Shown here piece after piece: positions 1 to 9,636 of a stretch of 64,000 bases of DNA (position 1 is the stretch's first letter; the number at the start of each line of letters is the position of its first letter). Source of the stretch: Prolixibacteraceae bacterium (GTDB lineage: Bacteria; Bacteroidota; Bacteroidia; Bacteroidales; Prolixibacteraceae); contig DASRMB010000052.1 of assembly GCA_035648135.1 (NCBI GenBank), forward strand, positions 23,334 to 87,333, in the 5' to 3' direction. The notes beneath the pieces were generated by a model. That model worked only from the letters and a program-made list of their open reading frames with translations. It did no database searches and was not told where the DNA came from. The position numbers and the translations under genes were made by a program.

Positions 1-194
1 TTCGTTTTCATGTATATGAAATTTAATAATTAATTGTTTTCTCCTTTTAAACGTTTTTATAGACGGCAAATTATTCGGGAAGTTGCAAAAACAGAAAATT
101 ATTTTGGGAGACGAAGTTTTCTTCGCTTAAGATTTCAAACACAGAGATACAGGATTCCCGAGAAAAAAAAATAATCTGTGCGACTCATTTGTTT

Positions 195-734
195 TTACTC
201 GTCGTCGAGATCAAACAATCCCTCCGGAATACGAAGTTCAATTTCCCTATTTTCTTCATCAATGCGGACGATCAAATCATCATTGAGTGGAACGAGTGCA
301 TCTTTTCCCTTATAGACAACCTCAAGAAGCATGTTTCCGGAAAAATCGTTCACCTCGGTGATTTCACCGATCAATCCGAGTTCCTCATCGTACAATTTAA
401 AACCAACCAGAGCATTTGGCCTCATCTCATCTTCGAACTCCACCACATCATCATGATCAACAAAAACTGACAAACCGCAAAGTTCTTTGGCTTTTTTATC
501 CGAGTCGACCCATTCGAGCTGAGCAATTACGGCTTCTCCGGATTTAAAACGTAAACTTTCCCCTGAAATGAAAAAGGGAACCAGTAAATTATCGATTTCC
601 AGAAAAATCGGTGGATATTCTTCGAGCGTCTCGTAATAGGCTTCCTCAAACCGGATGACGAGTTCTCCATGTATTCCGTGTGGCTTCTGAACATAGCCAA
701 CTTTTACACAATTGTCTTTTGGTATTGTTTCCAT
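195..734 (-). CDS. rimM: 16S rRNA processing protein RimM
   Basis: 179 aa. The N-terminal 'KVGYVQKPHGIHGELVI' matches the RimM PRC-barrel pattern. It lies immediately downstream of rpsP on the same strand, the conserved rpsP-rimM arrangement. Confidence 0.8.
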   Translation of the reverse strand: METIPKDNCVKVGYVQKPHGIHGELVIRFEEAYYETLEEYPPIFLEIDNLLVPFFISGESLRFKSGEAVIAQLEWVDSDKKAKELCGLSVFVDHDDVVEFEDEMRPNALVGFKLYDEELGLIGEITEVNDFSGNMLLEVVYKGKDALVPLNDDLIVRIDEENREIELRIPEGLFDLDDE

Positions 735-828
735 AGTTGTAAAAATAGAAAAAAGCGACAGATTTCTCTATCGCTTTTATACGTTGTCCGTTTTAAACCA
801 AAATTTAAAACAGCATTTAGTCTAATAC

Positions 829-1419
829 TTATCCTTCAGTTACTTGAGGAGCAGACTCTTCTGATACTTCAGGAGCAGATTCTTCCGTTACTTCAGCAAC
901 AACTTCTTCAACTTCAGGAGCAGCAGCAGCTTTGGCAGCGGCAGCAACAGCATCAGCGAGATCCGAATTGCGTTTGGCAATGGCATTAGCCCTTTCTGTA
1001 TTCTTTTTAGTCTCCATTTCGAGCTGAGCCGTACGTGAAGATTCCGAGCTGGTAATTAAACCATCCTTTTTTGCCTGAACCTTGTTCGCTTTTTCGGCCA
1101 ACCAGGCTTCGAAACGGGTTTCAGCTACTTCAGCAGTAAAAGCCCCTTTGGCTACACCACCTAAAAGATGTTTTTTGTACATTACTCCTTTGTAAGATAA
1201 AATAGCTCTTACAGTGTCGGTTGGTTGAGCACCTTTTGCAAGCCAATCAATAGCTTTGTCAAAATCGAGATCGATAGTAGCAGGATTTGTGTTTGGATTA
1301 TAAGATCCAATCCTTTCTATATTCTTACCATCCCGTGGCGCCCTGCTATCAGCTATCACTATGTGATAGTAAGCATACCGTTTGCGACCATGTCGCTGCA
1401 ATCTGATTTTTGCTGGCAT
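829..1419 (-). CDS. rpsP: 30S ribosomal protein S16 with Ala/Glu-rich C-terminal extension
   Basis: '[31 protein letters not shown]' is a near-canonical S16 N-terminus. The ORF track's upstream extension (MSLFYF..., to 1521) is not S16-like. The true ATG, read as 'cat' on the plus strand, sits at 1417-1419. Confidence 0.85.
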   Translation of the reverse strand: MPAKIRLQRHGRKRYAYYHIVIADSRAPRDGKNIERIGSYNPNTNPATIDLDFDKAIDWLAKGAQPTDTVRAILSYKGVMYKKHLLGGVAKGAFTAEVAETRFEAWLAEKANKVQAKKDGLITSSESSRTAQLEMETKKNTERANAIAKRNSDLADAVAAAAKAAAAPEVEEVVAEVTEESAPEVSEESAPQVTEG

Positions 1420-1572
1420 TTTGCTTGATTTTAAATGATAAACAGTTATTAAAAATTCGTGGCGCAAAGTTAAAACATTAATCCTGAATTCAAAATCGAT
1501 TCTGAAATAAAATAGCGACAATCTCTGATTCGCATTATTCCTCTTTTTATTTTAAATTTACTCCCTCCTTGA

Positions 1573-2190
1573 TTGATTTTTCAGATGCTTAAGAAACTCC
1601 TTATACTGTTATTATACTTCTCGGTTTCACTTCCACTAGCTGCAGAATTCAGAACAAATGTTCATTCCATTTCACGTCGCGAAGGATTATCAAACGGAGC
1701 AGTGAACACCATTGTAAAAGATTCGGAAGGATATATCTGGTTTGGAACATGGAACGGGCTTAACCGTTATGATGGGAACAGTATTGCTACTTACCTGCCC
1801 GGAAATAATTCCAGTTCAATACACAATCATGTTATCCGTGAATTGTACCCCACCTCAACAGGTGCCATTTGGATGCTCACCAACAAGGGAATTGGGCTGT
1901 ACGATAATATATACGACCAGTTCACCTCCTATTTTACTCAGGAATCGGAGCCCGATATTTTAGGAATAGGAACTGCCGCAAATGGGTTATATACCATGAA
2001 GTTAACCGAATCTACGAGTAAGAGTCTATTCTCAAATCAACTGGCATATCCAATTATAAGAAGCATTCGGGTAACCCGCAAAGGTGATGTTCTGATGGGC
2101 ACCAAAGGCGGGGGAATAGACATTTTTAATGACCGCGAAAATCATATCCGAAGAATTTTTGCATTCGAATGTAGCTTTGTTAGAAACTAA
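1573..2190 (+). CDS. Signal peptide plus two-component-regulator propeller (Reg_prop) repeats. Resembles only the extreme N-terminus of a Bacteroides hybrid two-component sensor, so possibly a truncated remnant
   Basis: 'GLSNGAVNTIVKDSEGYIWFGTWNGLNRYDGNSIATY' is the typical first Reg_prop repeat of HTCS sensors. The ORF ends after 205 aa. No Y_Y_Y, HisKA, HATPase, REC or AraC domains follow. Confidence 0.5.
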   Translation: MIFQMLKKLLILLLYFSVSLPLAAEFRTNVHSISRREGLSNGAVNTIVKDSEGYIWFGTWNGLNRYDGNSIATYLPGNNSSSIHNHVIRELYPTSTGAIWMLTNKGIGLYDNIYDQFTSYFTQESEPDILGIGTAANGLYTMKLTESTSKSLFSNQLAYPIIRSIRVTRKGDVLMGTKGGGIDIFNDRENHIRRIFAFECSFVRN

Positions 2191-2202
2191 ATCAAACTAT
2201 TT

Positions 2203-3249
2203 ATGGATATCGCAAACCGATTCCCGCAAAACCCGCTGCTTCGCCCGGCCGATCTGAAACCAGGCATTGAAGGGATGGAAATTCTTTGCCTGCTCAATCC
2301 CGGAGTTTTTCAATTCGAAGGAAAAGTATGGTTGCTGCTCCGTGTTGCCGAAAGACCCAAACAGATTGAAGGCAAAATCAGCTTTCCGGTATACAATAGT
2401 AATGGTGAAATCGAAATTCTGAGTTTCGATAAAAATGATCCTGACCTGGATGCTTCTGATCCCCGCGTTATCAACTATAAGAAGAAAGATTATTTAACGA
2501 CACTTTCCTATCTGCGACTCGTTTGCAGCGATGACGGAATCCATTTTCAGGAACCGGCTGGTTATCCGCCTATTTTTGGGAAAGGAGAACTGGAAACATT
2601 TGGCATTGAAGACTGCCGCGTGGCAAGCATGGAAGATGGTTTCAGCCTTTCTTTTACTGAAGTATCGGAATTCGGCGTTGGCGTTGGATTAATCCGGACC
2701 AAAGACTGGAAAAATTTCGACCGCAAAGGCATGATTTTTCCACCTCACAATAAGGATTGCGCCCTTTTCGAAGAAAAAATAAACGGGAAATATTATGCAC
2801 TCCATCGCCCCAGCAGTCCTGAACTGGGCGGAAACTATATCTGGCTGGCCGAATCGCCCGACCTGATCCACTGGGGACAGCACAAGTGCATTGCCACAGT
2901 TCGTCCCGATATGTGGGATTCGAAACGTGTCGGAGCAGGTGGTGCACCAATCCGGACCGAAAAAGGCTGGCTCGAAATTTATCATGGTGCGAACAGCAAC
3001 CATCGCTATTGCCTTGGCGCCTTGTTGCTCGATATTAATGATCCTTCGAAAGTTCTTGCCCGTAGCATTGAACCTATCATGGAGCCTATTGAAACCTACG
3101 AACAAACCGGTTTTTTCGGAAATGTGGTATTTACCAACGGTCACTATGTGAAAGGAGACGATATCTTCATGTATTACGGAGCAAGTGACGAAGTAATCTG
3201 CGGCGCACGGTTCTCTATATCCGCTATTCTGGCCACATTATCAGCGTAA
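2203..3249 (+). CDS. GH130-family (DUF377) glycosidase or glycoside phosphorylase-like protein
   Basis: 348 aa. 'LLNPGVFQFEGKVWLLLRVAE' and 'GIEDCRVASMEDG' resemble the GH130 'fNPg...llyRa' and 'EDPRi' blocks. No signal peptide is present. Confidence 0.5.
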   Translation: MDIANRFPQNPLLRPADLKPGIEGMEILCLLNPGVFQFEGKVWLLLRVAERPKQIEGKISFPVYNSNGEIEILSFDKNDPDLDASDPRVINYKKKDYLTTLSYLRLVCSDDGIHFQEPAGYPPIFGKGELETFGIEDCRVASMEDGFSLSFTEVSEFGVGVGLIRTKDWKNFDRKGMIFPPHNKDCALFEEKINGKYYALHRPSSPELGGNYIWLAESPDLIHWGQHKCIATVRPDMWDSKRVGAGGAPIRTEKGWLEIYHGANSNHRYCLGALLLDINDPSKVLARSIEPIMEPIETYEQTGFFGNVVFTNGHYVKGDDIFMYYGASDEVICGARFSISAILATLSA

Positions 3250-3253
3250 TAAA

Positions 3254-3294
3254 CTTGAAAGATTCCAAAAGTCAATCTTTCAAGTTTGACTTTT
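3254..3294 (+). terminator. Rho-independent terminator after the GH130-like gene
   Basis: 11-bp stem cttgaaagatt / aatctttcaag with a 9-nt loop, followed by tttgactttt. Confidence 0.55.
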
Positions 3295-3444
3295 GCTCAT
3301 TTCACCTAACTAATCTACATGTTGAAAATCAGAAACAATATTATCACACTTTTTATTGGCCTGCTTGTTCTGTTAATCCCGTCATTCGGCAACTGAGCAA
3401 GACTCCATCCGGGTAACTGTCGCAATAAAACGTATCATCCCTAA

Positions 3445-3474
3445 GTTTGATTAACAGGTAAATAAATATCTTTG
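3445..3474 (+). promoter_or_regulatory. Bacteroidetes-type promoter for the lipoprotein gene: -33 TTTG plus -7 TATCTTTG
   Basis: TTTG at 3445-3448 and TAnnTTTG at 3467-3474, 19 bp apart. A palindrome TCAAACAACTTGTTTGA follows immediately. Confidence 0.35.
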
Positions 3475-3548
3475 CATCAAACAACTTGTTTGATTTCAAA
3501 AATAGTTGTTAGTATAAATCAGTCTGAAATTTTCAAATAAACGATAAG

Positions 3549-4247
3549 ATGAAACCACTAATTTTTTTTGCAGTTGTAATGGGAGTTGCCTTAATGACAT
3601 CCTGCAATAAGTACAAAGATGAGGCTACTGGTGCGGGAGATGCGCTAATCTTTTCTAAAAAAATAGGATCAGAAACAGTTTACGGCATCTCTATCTATGC
3701 ATACACGTTTAGCTCATTCAAAAGCGTACAGGCAGTTAGCAGTGCAGAAGATGTAACCTATACCTTGAAATCGAACCAGGAACGCAAAACAAATTTTTAC
3801 TATGTAACTCCTGACGAAAATCTCAGTACGACTCCACCGGTAGCTTCAACATATAATTTTTCAGCAGTTTTCGAAAATGGTGCTACTGATGAGTTTCAGG
3901 ATGTTCTTACCTCCGACTTACTGGCTCCGGCAACCATCGAAAACTGTGCATATAATACGACCGGTAGTAAGCTTGAAATTACCTGGGCTTCGCTTTCAGG
4001 AGCCGACAATTTTGGGATCAATATTATGGATGGTACAAAGGTGGTCTTCTCAAGTGCTATAATTGCAAATACAGTTGTAACCTATCCAATCACCTCTTCA
4101 ACTGCTGGATGGGTAACCGGGGTTACTCCTGAAAGTGGGAAAACATATACTGTCAGGATTTATGCTTATTTATATGAATCCGCAATTAATTCCTATAATA
4201 TTCAGGCTTCATCGGTAGCTGAGAAAACGGTGATCTGGGGAGAATAA
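3549..4247 (+). CDS. Hypothetical lipoprotein
   Basis: Lipobox 'ALMTSC'. Composition is beta-rich and Thr/Ser-rich. No recognisable catalytic motif. Confidence 0.6.
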   Translation: MKPLIFFAVVMGVALMTSCNKYKDEATGAGDALIFSKKIGSETVYGISIYAYTFSSFKSVQAVSSAEDVTYTLKSNQERKTNFYYVTPDENLSTTPPVASTYNFSAVFENGATDEFQDVLTSDLLAPATIENCAYNTTGSKLEITWASLSGADNFGINIMDGTKVVFSSAIIANTVVTYPITSSTAGWVTGVTPESGKTYTVRIYAYLYESAINSYNIQASSVAEKTVIWGE

Positions 4248-4475
4248 ATGATTGACAGACCAATTGAAAAACCGGACATGCTGGTGCTATAGAACTGTAA
4301 GGCAGGGATACGGAATAACCTCTACAACATTTCAACTCTGACAAGTACCTGCAACAAAACGCTTCGTTGCCGAAACAATGGGGTTATATTTATACAATCT
4401 CACAAATCCGCAGTTTTATTGAATTATCACGTTTCATTTTCTACTTTTGTTTTTAGTAATTCATAAAACTAAAAA

Positions 4476-5568
4476 ATGATTCTCAAAGAACAGATAAAAG
4501 GTCTCATCGATCGCCAGGATGCCTTAAGGAGGCATCTTTGACTACGATCAGAAATTGATCCAACTACAGGAAGAGGAACTTAAAGCCCAGGATCCCGATT
4601 TCTGGAACAATCCCAAAGAAGCTGAAGCTCAAATGAAGGTCATCCAGTCTGTTAAAGTATGGACTGATGCATTTAATGAAGTGGCTCAAAACATGGAAGA
4701 TCTGCTCGTTTTGTATGATTTCTTTGAAATGGGAGAAACCACCGAAGAAGACATTGAGCAGCACTTCAACGAAACACTTTCATTAATTGAAGCGCTTGAA
4801 GTCAAAAATATGCTCCGGAAAGAGGAGGATAAACTGGGCGCAATTCTTCGCATCAATGCTGGTGCCGGGGGAACAGAAAGTAACGACTGGGCTGAAATGC
4901 TGATGCGCATGTACATGCGTTACGGCGAAAAACAGGGATATACGGTAAAAACAATCGACTATCACGGTGGTGATGAAGTTGGAGTTAAAAGTTGCACCAT
5001 CGAGTTCGAAGGCGAATATGCTTATGGCTACCTGAAAAGTGAAAATGGTGTACACCGATTGGTGCGACTCTCACCGTTCAATGCCCAAAGCAAGCGAATG
5101 ACCACTTTTGCTTCCGTGTTTGTTTCACCTTCAATTGACGATACCATCGAAGTTGAAATTAATCCGGCCGATATAACCTGGGATACTTTCAGGTCGGGAG
5201 GTGCAGGCGGCCAGAATGTAAATAAAGTTGAAACCGGTGTTCGGCTCCGTCACGCCCCAACTGGTATTGTCATTGAGAATACCGAAAGCCGCTCACAGTT
5301 TGGAAATAAAGATAACGCGCTGCGCTTGCTGAAATCACAATTGTACGAGCTTGAATTGCGAAAACGGAACGAAGCTGAACAGCTGATCAATTCAACCAAG
5401 AAAAAGATTGAATGGGGATCTCAAATCCGCTCATATACCATGCAACCGTACAAGCTTGTGAAAGATGTGCGGACCGGGTTCGAATCGGGCAATGTTCAGG
5501 CAGTTCTCGATGGCGGAATTGACGGGTTTGTCAAAGCCTTCCTGATGGAATTCAGCGATGAAAACTAA
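4476..5568 (+). CDS. prfB: Peptide chain release factor 2. A programmed +1 ribosomal frameshift at CTT TGA C (4536-4542) is required
   Basis: The zero-frame ATG at 4476 encodes [21 protein letters not shown] and then hits TGA at 4539-4541. Shifting +1 at CUU_UGA_C continues as [17 protein letters not shown]..., which is the 4555 ORF. An SD-like AGGAGG lies at 4527-4532, 3 nt upstream of the slippery site, the classic RF2 autoregulatory arrangement. The downstream body carries RF2 hallmarks (SPF-type region, GGQ). Confidence 0.9.
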
Positions 5569-5685
5569 CTGAAGGACTGAGAGACTGAATTGTCCGGATA
5601 AAATAAAGTCATGGATTGTCATTTGTTTCACGTCATTTAGTTGCCAATTGATTATGACAATTAAATGAATGCCAATGACAATTGA

Positions 5686-6321
5686 ATGACCACAAATGAC
5701 AAACTTGAAATTGAAATTATGATGGCCTCAACAATACGACTTGCAGAAAAACGTGATGTGCCGGGAATTCTGGAAATTTATGCACCATTTATTCTCGAAA
5801 CAGCCGTCACTTTTGAAGAAACTGTTCCTGATGAAGAATCATTTTGGGAACGAATTCAGGGAATCATGAGTGAATTGCCCTTTCTGGTTTGCGAAATCGA
5901 TGGACGAATTGCCGGTTATGCCTATGCTTCGGGATACCGTGGCCGTGCTTCGTACCGATGGACGAAAGAAGTCTCTGTTTATGTTCATCCTGATTCTTAC
6001 CGAAAAAAGGTAGCACACGCGTTATACACCAGTTTAAATGAAATGATCCGTTACCAGGGAATTGCAGATTTACTGGCGATCATTACCATGCCCAACGAAA
6101 CAAGTGTCGCCTTTCACGAGTATTTGGGGTACAAAAAATGTGGTGAATTTTCGAAAGTAGGTTACAAACTGAACCAATGGCTAAACGTAGGCTGGTTCGA
6201 GTTGTTCCTTCAGGATGAAAATGAGGCTCCTAAAGAACGGATTTTACGTTTGGATGAAATTAAAGGGCTTCCGGTATTTCAGGAAGCGATTCAAAAAGGT
6301 CTGGATAAACTAAAAATTTAA
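5686..6321 (+). CDS. GNAT-family N-acetyltransferase (phosphinothricin/L-amino-acid N-acyltransferase-like)
   Basis: GNAT fold motifs including 'VHPDSYRKKVAHALYTSL' (acetyl-CoA binding motif A). The actual start may be the internal MMAST at about 5719. Confidence 0.7.
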   Translation: MTTNDKLEIEIMMASTIRLAEKRDVPGILEIYAPFILETAVTFEETVPDEESFWERIQGIMSELPFLVCEIDGRIAGYAYASGYRGRASYRWTKEVSVYVHPDSYRKKVAHALYTSLNEMIRYQGIADLLAIITMPNETSVAFHEYLGYKKCGEFSKVGYKLNQWLNVGWFELFLQDENEAPKERILRLDEIKGLPVFQEAIQKGLDKLKI

Positions 6322-6365
6322 AAATCTGTTTATTTGGTTTTTCAGGATAAATTTAAACCCCGGAA

Positions 6366-8768
6366 ATGGAAAAAATGAGCATTTACAACAATCGCGAAAT
6401 AAGCTGGCTATCATTCAACGCAAGGGTACTTCAGGAAGCTGAGGACCAGACAGTCCCGTTACTTGAACGAATCCGGTTCCTTGGAATTTTCTCCAATAAC
6501 CTCGATGAGTTTTTCCGCGTACGGGTGGCTACTGTCCGGCGTATGCTTGAAATAGGCAAAGACGACGAGAATATTCTTGGCGATTACAATGCAGCCGAAT
6601 TATACGAAAAAATTCAGGAAACAGTCGTTGAGCATCAGCGAAAGGCTCAGGAGATTTACCGGAATATATGGAAAGAAATGGCCAGTGAAAACATTTTCGT
6701 GCTTGATGAAAAGGCACTTTCACATGAACAGGGAATCTATGTCAGGAAATATTTCAACATGAAAGTGCTTCCGAATATAGTCCCGATCATGCTCAGCAAA
6801 TCCATGAAATTCCCGTATTTGCGGGACAAATCGGTTTATCTGGCGGTTAAGTTGTCAAAAACAAATTCGCCCGATAAGTTTGCCTATGCTCTGATTCGGG
6901 TTCCCAGCCGTTCGGTTTCCCGCTTTTTGGTTCTGCCTGAACAGGGAAATAAAAAATACATCATCCTGGTCGACGATGTCATTCGCTTCTGCCTGAACGA
7001 CGTCTTCCCTATTTTCAACTTCGATCATTTTGAAGCGTACACCATTAAAGTGACACGCGATGCCGAAATGGATATTGATGATGATATTTCGAAAAGCTTC
7101 ATCGAAAAAATTGAACTCAGCCTGAAGAAACGTAAGGTTGGAATCCCCGTACGGCTGATTTACGACCATGAAATGCCCGACGATCTGCTCGAATTCATTA
7201 TGAAAAAAATGAAACTCGACGGAGCTGAAAAAACAGTGGCAGGTGGCAGGTATCACAACCACAAGGATTTTATGAATTTCCCTGAAATCGGTAAGCCCAA
7301 CCATTATTATCAAAGTCTGCCTCCCATTCCTCACAAGGATTTGACTCCACACCAGAGCATCCTGAAAAAGCTAAGACAAAAAGATGTCTTGCTTCATTAT
7401 CCCTACCAAAGTTTTTCGCATTTCATCGATTTCTTGAGAGAGGCAGCCATCGATCCGAAGGTCCGCGAAATCGGGATTACCATATATCGTGTTTCAGAAA
7501 CTTCCAAGGTGGTAAATGCCTTGCTGAATGCCATCCGGAACGGTAAAAAAGTTACGGTGGTTATCGAGCTTCAGGCCCGGTTCGACGAAGAAGCCAACAT
7601 ATTCTGGTCAAACAAGTTGCAGGAAGAAGGCGCACATGTCATTAATGGCATCCCCGGACTTAAAGTACACTGCAAACTTGCATGGATTCAGCGCAAGGAG
7701 AAAAACGGTCTTCGCAATTATGCATACATTGGTACCGGAAATTTTCACGAAGGCACGGCCCGCGTTTATGCAGATAAAGGTTTGCTGACAGCTGACCCGC
7801 AAATCGCCAACGATGTGGCGAATATGTTTGATTTCTTTAAACACACTTACAATCATTTTAATTTCAACCGGATTATTGTCAGCCCATTTTCCATGCGCAA
7901 TTTTTTCATTAAGAAAATTGATCAGGAAATTACCAATGCAAAAAAAGGGAAAAAGGCATATATGATATTGAAAATGAATAGCCTGATTGACAAGGAAATG
8001 ATTGACAAGCTCTACGAGGCAAGTCAGGCCGGTGTGAAAATTCAACTCATTATACGTGGAATATTCGGTTTAAAAACCGACTATCCGATTTTAAACCAAA
8101 ACATCGAAGCCATCAGCATTGTCGATAAATTTCTGGAACATACCCGTGTTTTCCTTTTTGCTAACGGTGGTCAGGAAGACATTTACATTTCGTCAGCCGA
8201 CTGGATGTCCAGAAACCTTGACCGCAGAATCGAAGTTGCTTGTCCGATTTATTCTCCTGAAATCAGATCTGAGCTCAAAGAATTACTACGTATTCAGCTT
8301 AGCGACAATACGAAAGCAAGGATTCTGGATAGTGAACTGAGCAACCGGTATAATAATCAACATAACGAATCGCATTACCGCGCTCAGGTCGATTATCACA
8401 ATTACATCAAAAAAAGACATCAGAATAATATGAAATTTTATCACAATCCACGATGCTCTAAAAGTCGTGAAGGGCTCAAATTTCTCGAGGAAAAAGGGTT
8501 CGAAGTTGAGGTAATCGACTACATGAAGACCGGAATTACCATAAAGGAAATTACGGAATTCCTTTCTAAATCAGGACTTAAGGCGACCGATATCATCCGG
8601 ACTACTGAAGTGCTTTACAAAGAGCAGTTTCTGGGGAAAGAGTATACTGAAACCGAATGGATCGGCATCCTTGCTGAAAATCCGAAATTGATTCAGCGTC
8701 CGTTGGTGATCAAAGGTTCACACGCTGTTCTCGCCCGTCCTGCTGAAGAAATTTTGAAATTGATTTGA
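6366..8768 (+). CDS. ppk1: Polyphosphate kinase 1 (about 688 aa) continuing in-frame into an ArsC/Spx/YffB-family thioredoxin-fold domain (about 112 aa, from ATG 8430)
   Basis: The N-terminus 'ISWLSFNARVLQEAED...LDEFF' is PPK1 and PPK1 homology runs to about YHNYIKKRHQNN. This is followed directly by 'MKFYHNPRCSKSREGLKFLEEKG', the ArsC-family signature, with no stop codon. The junction contains an A7 homopolymer (8409-8415). Confidence 0.75.
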   Translation: MEKMSIYNNREISWLSFNARVLQEAEDQTVPLLERIRFLGIFSNNLDEFFRVRVATVRRMLEIGKDDENILGDYNAAELYEKIQETVVEHQRKAQEIYRNIWKEMASENIFVLDEKALSHEQGIYVRKYFNMKVLPNIVPIMLSKSMKFPYLRDKSVYLAVKLSKTNSPDKFAYALIRVPSRSVSRFLVLPEQGNKKYIILVDDVIRFCLNDVFPIFNFDHFEAYTIKVTRDAEMDIDDDISKSFIEKIELSLKKRKVGIPVRLIYDHEMPDDLLEFIMKKMKLDGAEKTVAGGRYHNHKDFMNFPEIGKPNHYYQSLPPIPHKDLTPHQSILKKLRQKDVLLHYPYQSFSHFIDFLREAAIDPKVREIGITIYRVSETSKVVNALLNAIRNGKKVTVVIELQARFDEEANIFWSNKLQEEGAHVINGIPGLKVHCKLAWIQRKEKNGLRNYAYIGTGNFHEGTARVYADKGLLTADPQIANDVANMFDFFKHTYNHFNFNRIIVSPFSMRNFFIKKIDQEITNAKKGKKAYMILKMNSLIDKEMIDKLYEASQAGVKIQLIIRGIFGLKTDYPILNQNIEAISIVDKFLEHTRVFLFANGGQEDIYISSADWMSRNLDRRIEVACPIYSPEIRSELKELLRIQLSDNTKARILDSELSNRYNNQHNESHYRAQVDYHNYIKKRHQNNMKFYHNPRCSKSREGLKFLEEKGFEVEVIDYMKTGITIKEITEFLSKSGLKATDIIRTTEVLYKEQFLGKEYTETEWIGILAENPKLIQRPLVIKGSHAVLARPAEEILKLI

Positions 8769-8788
8769 ATTGGAAACCTTGAAGGTTT

Positions 8789-9577
8789 CTAATTCACTTT
8801 CGACTGAAGTTCTTTAATCTCTTTCTGAAGCTTAATTTTAAGTTTCAGGGCATTCGATAAAACCAGCGCATCTTTTACGGCTTGTTTGTCGACATCTTCA
8901 AGCACGATATAATACATCCGTTTGCCCAGAAAAACGGCTTTCAGGTTACGGTCAGCGTTATCAGCAATAAACTGGATAACACCATTGTCCTTGCCATCTC
9001 TGTATCTAACTTTTTCCCAGTGAGTATTCATAAATTCGCTGTGATGATTGTTGGGATCATCGAGTGCAACAGAGTCGGTTTTAGCCTGAAAAACTCCGTC
9101 GTAAACCCGCAAACCGACATGATTCAACCATTCGGCACCATAATAATTACTCGAAATATACAATTCTCCCGTTTCGTCAAGATGAAGTTGAATAAACGAT
9201 TTATCCCAGCGGCGCTCAAAGCTCTGTCGTTTGTGGATATATTGAGTATACCGGTCATATTCAGTCTTTTCCTTGTTAAACAGTTTATCCAGCTCGGTCA
9301 GTTGGATCGTGAGTTGATCGAACAGATCCTGCTTGCGAAATAAAATTTCCGAATAAATTTTTCGGTTCAATTCCTTCGCTTTTGCTACCGTTTCAAAAGC
9401 TTCAGGAAATAAAACTGAAATAGAGTCCAATTGTTGCAGGGCAGCCAGTGAATCGCCCTTTTCACAAAGAACGGCAGCCAGACTTAATTTTTCCGCAGCT
9501 CTTTGTTTGTATGATTTCCCGCACGAAAAAAGTGCTGCAAAAACTAATATTCCCGCAATTATTTTAATGTTTTTCAT
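8789..9577 (-). CDS. Hypothetical lipoprotein
   Basis: Signal peptide with lipobox 'ALFSC'. Predicted helical/coiled N-terminal region. No recognisable family. Confidence 0.55.
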   Translation of the reverse strand: MKNIKIIAGILVFAALFSCGKSYKQRAAEKLSLAAVLCEKGDSLAALQQLDSISVLFPEAFETVAKAKELNRKIYSEILFRKQDLFDQLTIQLTELDKLFNKEKTEYDRYTQYIHKRQSFERRWDKSFIQLHLDETGELYISSNYYGAEWLNHVGLRVYDGVFQAKTDSVALDDPNNHHSEFMNTHWEKVRYRDGKDNGVIQFIADNADRNLKAVFLGKRMYYIVLEDVDKQAVKDALVLSNALKLKIKLQKEIKELQSKVN

Positions 9578-9636
9578 TGTTTTCAGTTTAAAAAACCTGT
9601 CATTTGCGCTTCAAAGGAAAAGATAATCTACGAGTG

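Noticed and set aside
100-194. Possible terminator downstream of rimM
   Set aside because: Only 4-5 bp stems were found. The next operon gene (trmD?) probably lies just beyond the window start.
829-910. Tandem repeat '[24 protein letters not shown]' in the rpsP 3' end
   Set aside because: It is a low-complexity acidic tail inside a coding region, with no independent repeat element.
669-989. 106-aa Gln/Leu-rich ORF on the plus strand
   Set aside because: It is an antisense shadow of the Ala/Glu-rich low-complexity tail of rpsP (GCn/GAn repeats read as CAG/CTG on the other strand).
829-1521. ORF-track version of rpsP with a 34-aa N-terminal extension ([10 protein letters not shown]...)
   Set aside because: The extension has no S16 similarity. 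The canonical S16 N-terminus MPAKIRL begins at the internal ATG at 1419.
2654-3151. Three overlapping ORFs (2654-2950 minus, 2689-3144 minus, 2891-3151 plus) inside the GH130-like gene
   Set aside because: They lie fully inside a well-supported CDS and have no domain signatures, so they are frame shadows.
4555-5568. TTG-initiated ORF given in the track for RF2
   Set aside because: It is the +1 portion of prfB. The real start is ATG 4476 in the zero frame, joined by programmed frameshifting.
6529-8340. Several short ORFs on both strands inside ppk1 (e.g. 6855-7352 minus, 7608-8045 minus)
   Set aside because: They are embedded in the strongly supported PPK1 frame and are shadows.
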